Assembly: GCA_030820665.1 (NCBI GenBank)
Contig: GCA_030820665.1_4852.1
Source of the DNA: a phage
Strand: one strand, 5' to 3'
Length of the DNA stretch: 17,779 bases
Shown here: piece by piece, positions 12,536 to 17,779 of the stretch
Layout: every line of letters begins with the position of its first letter
Position numbering within the stretch: position 1 is the first letter of the stretch
Program-made: the position numbers and the translations under genes
Notes under the pieces: model-generated
Told to the model about the DNA's origin: nothing
Seen by the model: the letters and a program-made list of their open reading frames with translations, nothing else
Database searches by the model: none

Positions 12536-12656
12536 GAACATAATCCCTATCACTTACTTTCTCACGCTATACGCACTCACCAATTCGCCATTGTTTGCAC
12601 TGGCTACCGCCTCGTGGTGCTATATCTCCCTGTGTTATAATTCGACCACAAACTAA
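12534..12656 (+). CDS. Possible very hydrophobic peptide (40 aa)
   Basis: Not in the ORF track. GAGGT lies 5 nt upstream. Translation: MNIIPITYFLTLYALTNSPLFALATASWCYISLCYNSTTN. It lies in an otherwise non-coding 194-bp spacer, and promoter-like elements overlap its 3' end, so coding status is uncertain. Confidence 0.3.
   Translation: MNIIPITYFLTLYALTNSPLFALATASWCYISLCYNSTTN
12618..12641 (+). promoter_or_regulatory. Tandem extended -10 promoter candidates upstream of the scaffold/capsid genes
   Basis: TGcTATATC at 12618-12626 and TGtTATAAT at 12633-12641. The second lies 32 nt before ATG 12673. The -35 regions are weak. Confidence 0.45.
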
Positions 12657-12672
12657 CCGTGGAGAGTTAACC

Positions 12673-14088
12673 ATGATTGTCAAGATTGGCGATAAGTGGG
12701 TGGTCAAGTCGAAAGACGGCTCACAGCAATTTGGTGAATACGACACAGAAGAGGCAGCAAAAAAACGCCTCGCAGAAGTCGAAGCGTTTAAGCACATGAA
12801 TAATAAATTGCAGGTTAACGTCCTGACAACCATCAATTCAGCCAGCAATATCAGTGAGCAAATCATTGATGGCGACCCGCACTACGTAATTAAAAACGTC
12901 GTGCCAGTGGTTGATGATGTTGTGATGAATAACGGCCTGTATCCGGGAGAGGAAATCCGCAAGAGCTATCACGGACTTGATGGTAAACCTGCACCATACA
13001 ATCACCCGATGATTGACGGTAAATATGTCTCTGCAAGCATGACGCGCGCAGCTAACCAGTTCAGCGTTGGCGCATGGATTGAAAACTCATCTCATGACGG
13101 CAGCAAGGCGCTGGTTGACCTGAAGGTAAACAAAGTCATCGCTGAACGCTCCGAGAAAGGTCAGGAGTTGCTTGGTCGCATTGAAGCGCTAATGAACTCC
13201 GCAGAAGGCGCAGAGCCAATCCATGTATCCACCGGCTTATTGCTCAACCGCGAGGCTACGGAAGGCACAAGCAAAGGCAAAAAATACACATGGATTGCGC
13301 GCAACATGGAATGGGACCATCTCGCCATCCTGCCGCCGGGAGTGCCAGGAGCTGGAACGCCAGAAGATGGTGTTGGAATCTTTGCCACCAACGGCGAGCA
13401 AATCGAACGCATCACCGTAAACCTTGAGGACTCAACCGTGCCAGACGAAAGCGCCAACAAGATTAATTATAAATCGTGGCTACATAAGGCCATCAACTAC
13501 ATCACCAACAAATCAGATTTGTCGTTTGAGAACATCAGTGAGCAGATTCGCCAGATTCTGAAGGCTGAAGTTGGCGAGGATGTCTGGCCTTATATTGTGG
13601 CTGTGTACGACGACCGCGTCGGATTTGAAATCAAAGGCCAGATTTTTCAGCAGCTCTACATCGTTGAAGATGATGTGGTAAAATTGGTCGGTGAGCGGGT
13701 CAAGGCTGTTTATAAAACTGAACTTGAGCCGGTAAAATCAACTGAAGGGGAAATCTCAATGACGAACGAGGAATTACAAGCGGCAGTAGCGGAAGCTACC
13801 AAGTTGGCCGTTAATGAAGCCCTCAAGCCGGTTCAGGAAAAGCTTGATTCCGTCACTGCTGAACTGACCGATGTTAAAGGCAAGCTCGCAGCCAACGCCG
13901 AGCAGGAAGAAACCGCGATGCGTGCTGCTATCATCGCGGAACTGAAACTGCCGGAATCCGCTGTGAATGCGCTGAAAGGCGAAGCACTGCGTGAAACCTA
14001 TGCGTTGACCAGCAAGCCTGCTGCGCTGAAGGGTGGCTTCCAGCCGAACCACGCTGATGACGATTTTGATATGGAGGCACCGGAATAA
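12673..14088 (+). CDS. Head maturation protease/scaffold-like protein (DUF2213-like N-terminal region plus coiled-coil C-terminal scaffold domain)
   Basis: ORF 12595-14088 trimmed to ATG 12673 (GGAGAG at 12660-12665). It sits immediately upstream of the decoration-like and capsid genes. The C-terminal ~110 aa are Ala/Glu/Lys-rich coiled coil ('[48 protein letters not shown]') ending in an acidic tail. The family name is from memory. Confidence 0.7.
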   Translation: MIVKIGDKWVVKSKDGSQQFGEYDTEEAAKKRLAEVEAFKHMNNKLQVNVLTTINSASNISEQIIDGDPHYVIKNVVPVVDDVVMNNGLYPGEEIRKSYHGLDGKPAPYNHPMIDGKYVSASMTRAANQFSVGAWIENSSHDGSKALVDLKVNKVIAERSEKGQELLGRIEALMNSAEGAEPIHVSTGLLLNREATEGTSKGKKYTWIARNMEWDHLAILPPGVPGAGTPEDGVGIFATNGEQIERITVNLEDSTVPDESANKINYKSWLHKAINYITNKSDLSFENISEQIRQILKAEVGEDVWPYIVAVYDDRVGFEIKGQIFQQLYIVEDDVVKLVGERVKAVYKTELEPVKSTEGEISMTNEELQAAVAEATKLAVNEALKPVQEKLDSVTAELTDVKGKLAANAEQEETAMRAAIIAELKLPESAVNALKGEALRETYALTSKPAALKGGFQPNHADDDFDMEAPE

Positions 14089-14573
14089 TGGCTACTATCC
14101 GTTATGGCACCATCATTGGTGGTCCAGCTCGCAAGAACGACCCGCAGATTCGCGAAGGCATCATGAAGGTCGCGTTGAAGCCGGGCGCACTGGTTGACTT
14201 CGATACTGCCTCCTCAATTCGTTCCAATTATGACAAAATCATCGCACACGCTACCGCTGGCGGTCAGGGATTCCCTTACGTGCTTCAGCATAACTATCTC
14301 GGTGGTGGCGATGTATCTGAATCAGTTCCTGCTAATGCTACTGGCATGGCTGTGCAGTGCGAATTTGGCGTCACCTATCACGCACTGGTTGCTGCATCTT
14401 CCGAGCTGAAGAAAGGCACCCCGTTGGCAAGTAATGGTACTGGCGCGCTGAAAGTTGCTGGTAATAGGGATAACATCCTGTTCTATTCTTATGAAACTTA
14501 CACCGTTGCCTCTGATGGCGCTGAGCTGGTTGCAGTTCGTCGCGCTGGCAATGCTTCCATGCCTGCGGCGTAA
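14088..14573 (+). CDS. Head decoration-like / capsid accessory protein (161 aa)
   Basis: TAATG overlap with the scaffold gene. It sits between scaffold and major capsid genes. It is Gly/Ala-rich and looks like a beta protein. The assignment is positional. Confidence 0.55.
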   Translation: MATIRYGTIIGGPARKNDPQIREGIMKVALKPGALVDFDTASSIRSNYDKIIAHATAGGQGFPYVLQHNYLGGGDVSESVPANATGMAVQCEFGVTYHALVAASSELKKGTPLASNGTGALKVAGNRDNILFYSYETYTVASDGAELVAVRRAGNASMPAA

Positions 14574-14584
14574 GGAGCCGAATA

Positions 14585-15658
14585 ATGGAAAAGATTATTT
14601 TTACCAAAGACTTGGTAGCCAACTCCGCAGTGGTGGCTGACCAGTGGAAACATCTCACCATCGACCGCAAGGTGTTCTGCAATGCAGAAGCTGAACTGGC
14701 GAAAACATACGGTGTTAACGCCACCGCGCTGGTAACGAAAGATTACTGGCGCGACGTGGATAACGTCACCACCCGTGTTTTCCGCAACGAAGCTGGCCAG
14801 GACATGATGGCTGACCTGATGGGTATCGCGGCAAACATTAACATTGGTAAGACTGTGGCAATCAGCCGCATTGCTTCCGATGCTGGCAAGGTAGTCCGCA
14901 CTCTGTCTGGTCAGGAGCCGGAAGACTTGGATAAAACTCGCTACGATTACACTGGCGACGTGATTCCAATCTTCAAAACTGGCTACAGCCGCGAATGGCG
15001 CGAACTGCTGGGTATGCAGTCTGAAGGTTTTGACCCCCTGCTGGACGATCAGGCTAACGTCACCTTTAACCTACGTTCCGACATGGCGCAGTATCTGCTG
15101 ACCGGCGACCAGACTCTGAACGTGAACGGCGTTTACACTGGCTACGGTATCACCAACCACCCGAACACCATTCAGGTCGACCTGAACGTTTCCAATGGCA
15201 GCCTGAAGATCGACCTGCAAACCGCAACGCCAGATGAAATCGTGAAATTCTTCAATCAGGATTTCCAGGCTATTCTGGATGCGCAGAACGTATTTGAGCA
15301 GGTGACTCTGTGGGTTTCCCCGGCAGTGCGTCGCAGTTTCATGCGTCCGTATTCTGATGCGGCTGGCTTCAAAGGCGGCACGGTTGAGCAGTACATCACG
15401 CAGTTCGGTAATGGTCGCATTGGTAAGATTGGCACCAACTTCCTGCTGACTGGCAACCATTTCGTTGGTTACGTTCGCAACGACATGTACATCCGTCCGC
15501 GTGTTGCTCAGCCTGTCTCCACCTATGCGGCAGCTCGCACCAACCCGCACGATAACTTTAACTTCCTCGTATGGTCTGCTTTCGGTCTGCAGATTCGCAA
15601 GGATGCCGCTGGAAAAAGCCGCGTCTTTAATTGCTATGGTAGCCAGAAAGCTAAATAA
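14585..15658 (+). CDS. Major capsid protein (HK97-fold; DUF2184-like family, from memory)
   Basis: AAGGAG lies 6 nt upstream. It is 357 aa and follows the scaffold and decoration genes. A strong terminator follows immediately. Codon usage looks like a highly expressed gene (ctg/cgt/ggt-rich). Confidence 0.8.
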   Translation: MEKIIFTKDLVANSAVVADQWKHLTIDRKVFCNAEAELAKTYGVNATALVTKDYWRDVDNVTTRVFRNEAGQDMMADLMGIAANINIGKTVAISRIASDAGKVVRTLSGQEPEDLDKTRYDYTGDVIPIFKTGYSREWRELLGMQSEGFDPLLDDQANVTFNLRSDMAQYLLTGDQTLNVNGVYTGYGITNHPNTIQVDLNVSNGSLKIDLQTATPDEIVKFFNQDFQAILDAQNVFEQVTLWVSPAVRRSFMRPYSDAAGFKGGTVEQYITQFGNGRIGKIGTNFLLTGNHFVGYVRNDMYIRPRVAQPVSTYAAARTNPHDNFNFLVWSAFGLQIRKDAAGKSRVFNCYGSQKAK

Positions 15659-15663
15659 TAAAA

Positions 15664-15682
15664 AAGGGGGTTTATCCCCCTT
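15664..15682. terminator. Bidirectional intrinsic terminator shared by the capsid gene and the convergent HNH gene
   Basis: AAGGGGG (15664-15670) pairs with CCCCCTT (15676-15682) around a 5-nt loop. An A-run lies upstream and CTTTGT downstream. The stop codon of the minus-strand HNH gene (15672-15674) lies in the loop. Confidence 0.85.
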
Positions 15683-16478
15683 CTTTGTATCTAATTTCAC
15701 CGTAAACCATGTACTGTAACATGTAACAAAACTCCCATTCCGTCATATCTGTCCGTAGCCACTTCCTGTTCTTCTTGTAATTGTACTCCGCCAGCTCCGC
15801 TTTTAAATTGTGAAGAGCATTAACCAGTTCTGGATATACGAGGTTATTCTTAACAAACCAGTTGACAGATAAAATATGGTCAATATGCCAATTATTGCGG
15901 TCATCAAAACTCATCCATGGAAGCATGGTTGATTTTATATGCTTAATGAAATCATCCTTTGAGTACCCGAGAACATCATCTACTGTTCTATCAAGCGCAA
16001 TGTCAGATACTCTCATATCAAGCCGCTCAAGCATTTTTCTTAGGAACACGTGGTGTGGGTGCTTCTTTTGCCATTGCCTGACATTATCCAGAGCCTTTTT
16101 ATTGCCTTTCTCTGAGTAGTACCATCTGCGATAAGCTTCCCTTTTCTTTTGTAAAAACTCCTCCTTTTTCTCTGGATTCTCGTTAAGCCTTTGCATCTTC
16201 CTTTTGTTGTACTCCTGTTGTGATTGTTTTCTTTTCTTTTTGTACTCGCTGTTATCCTTGTTTTTCTGCCACTCCTTTTTTCTGTACTCACTTTCCTTGC
16301 GTTTGCGCTCCTCTGTTGTTCTCTGCTTCCTTGTTCTTTCGTATACGCAATGCTTGCATCCGCCTGATGCTGTAAAAAACACAGTTCCACCACATACAGA
16401 GCATGGAATCCATTCACACACAAATTGCTTCAGTCCAGCAACCCTTGCTTCTTGCGCGGCTTCTTTTCTTGTTTTCAT
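15672..16478 (-). CDS. Free-standing HNH endonuclease (N-terminal zinc ribbon, K/E/R-rich repeat region, C-terminal HNH core)
   Basis: 268 aa, with AGGAGTG 5 nt upstream. The zinc ribbon is 'CSVCGGTVFFTASGGCKHC'. A basic repeat region has recurring W/Y..K motifs. The HNH core is 'WHIDHILSV....NALHNLKAELAEYNYKKNRKW' (H-x-D-H ... N ... N..K). It is A/T-rich and on the opposite strand to the surrounding late genes. Confidence 0.8.
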   Translation of the reverse strand: MKTRKEAAQEARVAGLKQFVCEWIPCSVCGGTVFFTASGGCKHCVYERTRKQRTTEERKRKESEYRKKEWQKNKDNSEYKKKRKQSQQEYNKRKMQRLNENPEKKEEFLQKKREAYRRWYYSEKGNKKALDNVRQWQKKHPHHVFLRKMLERLDMRVSDIALDRTVDDVLGYSKDDFIKHIKSTMLPWMSFDDRNNWHIDHILSVNWFVKNNLVYPELVNALHNLKAELAEYNYKKNRKWLRTDMTEWEFCYMLQYMVYGEIRYKEGG

Positions 16479-16501
16479 AAAGTCACTCCTAATTTGGTTT
16501 T

Positions 16502-16534
16502 ATATTACCACGAGTGTAACTAGTGTGCTACAAT
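16502..16534. promoter_or_regulatory. Divergent extended -10 promoter candidates
   Basis: Rightward: TTACCA 16505-16510, 18 nt, TGcTACAAT 16526-16534. Leftward, for the HNH gene: TGgTAATAT (rc 16502-16510). Confidence 0.45.
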
Positions 16535-16564
16535 TAACCAGCATTAACTCATGAGGATATTTAA

Positions 16565-16762
16565 ATGGCTAAATACGAAGTGATTGCGCGAGGCATCTTT
16601 GTCAAAGAAAAAGGCAAGATTCGTGAGTTGCAGCTTGGCGAGGTGATTACCGAACCTGCTGATCATCTGATGTCAAAGCTGCGCGTTATGCCAGAACTGG
16701 AAAAATCTTTCGAAGTCGCAACCCCGCAAGAAAAGACGACAAAGAAAAAGAAAGCAGAGTAA
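16565..16762 (+). CDS. Hypothetical protein (65 aa) with lysine-rich C-terminal tail
   Basis: GAGGA lies 7 nt upstream. The product ends 'QEKTTKKKKAE', and a strong terminator follows directly. I recognise no family. Confidence 0.6.
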   Translation: MAKYEVIARGIFVKEKGKIRELQLGEVITEPADHLMSKLRVMPELEKSFEVATPQEKTTKKKKAE

Positions 16763-16766
16763 ACTG

Positions 16767-16789
16767 AACCCGCATAATGCGGGTTTTTT
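16767..16789 (+). terminator. Rho-independent terminator
   Basis: AACCCGC (16767-16773) pairs with GCGGGTT (16779-16785) around a 5-nt loop and runs into TTTTTTA. Confidence 0.85.
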
Positions 16790-16802
16790 ATTGGGGGTTT
16801 CT

Positions 16803-17621
16803 ATGGCTGTCAGGTACGAAATAAACACAACTCCGGCTGACGGAGAGGTTTTGCTTAGCGAAACCATGTCTGCGGACTGGTCAGCATTACAGGTGCAGAT
16901 TGTGCCGCTAAATTCTTCCGGTGGCTATGTGCCATTAACAAGCGGGTCTGTTTACGTAATGGTATCGCCGTTTGCGTCTGGTGATTTCTGGATTGACGTC
17001 AACAATAATAATTATTATGGCGTAGCGCTGCGGCTGAAGGTGATCAAGTCCCAAATACCTGCTGGCATTGCATCTCTGAAAGTCCTTGTATGGCGAGCAG
17101 CTACATCAGTGCCATCAAGTCAGGTTGTGGCACAGTCCTATGCAGAGTTTGCTAACAAGCAAGGGAAGTTATTCACTGCGTCGCGCAGAGTAACTGATGT
17201 CGCTGGCAGCTCAAACCTTGACAGCATATTTATCACCGGAACAAAGCAGGTGATATTCAACCAGCGCATTATTGGTTACACGGGGAAAGGTGTTGTTGCA
17301 TCAATCTATCGCGGCGCAGTTGCCACTGGCGGTACGACGGCAGAGATTAACAACCCAAACGACATAACGCCACAAGCAGCTACGGCGCAGTTAATTACTG
17401 GCGCTACCGTGACAAACATCGGGCAGCTGACGGTGGCGGCAACATACAGTGAGGGTAACGCATCGAATCAGGGGCAGGGTAACTCGCAGGCGAAGCTCGG
17501 CGAGCAGATTATCATGGCACCGAATACGACGTACTTACTTCGCATAACATCACTAGATACTGCGGCGCAGAATATCAATGCGTACGTTTCATGGTTTGAG
17601 GATGATACTTATCTGGCGTGA
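16803..17621 (+). CDS. Hypothetical protein (272 aa), possibly virion-associated beta-rich protein
   Basis: ORF 16791-17621 trimmed to ATG 16803 (GGGGG at 16793-16797). The composition is Ser/Thr/Ala/Gly/Asn-rich and poor in charged residues, and the C-terminus reads 'MAPNTTYLLRITSLDTAAQNINAYVSWFEDD'. It lies in the late region between two terminators. Function is not established. Confidence 0.6.
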   Translation: MAVRYEINTTPADGEVLLSETMSADWSALQVQIVPLNSSGGYVPLTSGSVYVMVSPFASGDFWIDVNNNNYYGVALRLKVIKSQIPAGIASLKVLVWRAATSVPSSQVVAQSYAEFANKQGKLFTASRRVTDVAGSSNLDSIFITGTKQVIFNQRIIGYTGKGVVASIYRGAVATGGTTAEINNPNDITPQAATAQLITGATVTNIGQLTVAATYSEGNASNQGQGNSQAKLGEQIIMAPNTTYLLRITSLDTAAQNINAYVSWFEDDTYLA

Positions 17622-17627
17622 TAAAAG

Positions 17628-17650
17628 AAAAGCCCCGCAAGTGGCTTTTT
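17628..17650. terminator. Intrinsic terminator (probably bidirectional)
   Basis: AAAGCCCC (17629-17636) pairs with GTGGCTTT (17641-17648) with one mismatch around a GCAA loop. An A-run lies upstream and TTTTT downstream. It sits between convergent ORFs. Confidence 0.7.
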
Positions 17651-17654
17651 ATTG

Positions 17655-17779
17655 CTACAGACGCATAGGCATAACAACAATCTTCGCAGTCTCTCCAGAT
17701 GGCGCACTAAGACAGCAAACAGCGGCATCTGTGTTTCCATTTAGTTCAAATTTAACGCAACAGAATCTTGGGTTAAACA
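17655..17779 (-). CDS. 3' end of a minus-strand ORF continuing beyond the window (hypothetical)
   Basis: The minus frame is open from the window edge to TAG (rc of 17655-17657). Translation: ...FNPRFCCVKFELNGNTDAAVCCLSAPSGETAKIVVMPMRL*. It ends right at the terminator. Only 40 codons are visible. Confidence 0.35.
   Translation of the reverse strand, partial: FNPRFCCVKFELNGNTDAAVCCLSAPSGETAKIVVMPMRL

Noticed and set aside
161-15658. Inteins or group I introns in terL, portal or the capsid gene (suggested by the abundance of HNH genes)
   Set aside because: All three ORFs are uninterrupted and of ordinary length, with motifs in normal order. The HNH genes are free-standing and lie between genes.
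15071-15700. 209-aa minus-strand ORF antisense to the major capsid gene (and 15256-15456, 15465-15719)
   Set aside because: It is a shadow of a highly biased capsid gene. It would have to start inside the bidirectional terminator and has no RBS.
16040-16554. ORFs 16040-16423(-), 16204-16554(+) and 15862-16119(+) overlapping the K/E/R-rich HNH gene
   Set aside because: They are alternative or antisense frames of a purine-rich, low-complexity coding region. Such regions keep several frames open by chance.
1-17779. CRISPR arrays, tRNA/tmRNA genes, integrase/att sites, transposase or IS ends
   Set aside because: I found no spaced direct-repeat array, no tRNA-like T-arm or acceptor pattern in the few non-coding gaps (5030-5112, 6370-6467, 9578-9676, 12479-12672, 16479-16564), and no recombinase-like ORF.

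Overview
This window reads as part of a tailed dsDNA phage genome of the enterobacterial type. I found no rRNA, tRNA, CRISPR array, integrase or transposase.

**Layout.** The recognisable late genes run rightward: terL (161-1585), portal (2686-4098), a MuF/SPP1-gp7-like minor head protein (4079-5029), a protease/scaffold-like gene (12673-14088), a decoration-like gene (14088-14573) and an HK97-type major capsid candidate (14585-15658). The head module is therefore split by about 7.6 kb. That gap holds:
- a leftward 4-gene ORFan operon (5113-6369);
- a lysis cassette (6468-7908): a degenerate GH24 lysozyme relic, a lambda-R-like transglycosylase, a 2-TM holin candidate and embedded Rz/Rz1 spanins;
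- a leftward 5-gene operon (7943-9577);
- a rightward operon of about 11 genes (9677-12478) that includes a Lar/RalR-family anti-restriction candidate.

A separate five-ORF cassette with its own promoter and terminator sits between terL and portal. Four HNH homing-endonuclease genes are present, three of them of the HNH-AP2 type.

**Regulatory signals.**
- six clean intrinsic terminators, four of them bidirectional;
- many extended -10 (TGnTAnAAT) promoters;
- a recurrent element, AATCTACRTCAA (reverse complement TTGAYGTAGATT), that marks the three accessory/lysis promoter regions and forms a 40-bp quasi-palindrome with interlocked divergent promoters at 6385-6424.

**Candidates for something new.** About 25 small ORFs match nothing I recognise. 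The best candidates are the terL-portal cassette, the two leftward operons and the Lar-containing operon. Their functions are inferred from architecture only.

All family assignments come from reading the translated sequences and from memory of family hallmarks. No searches were run.
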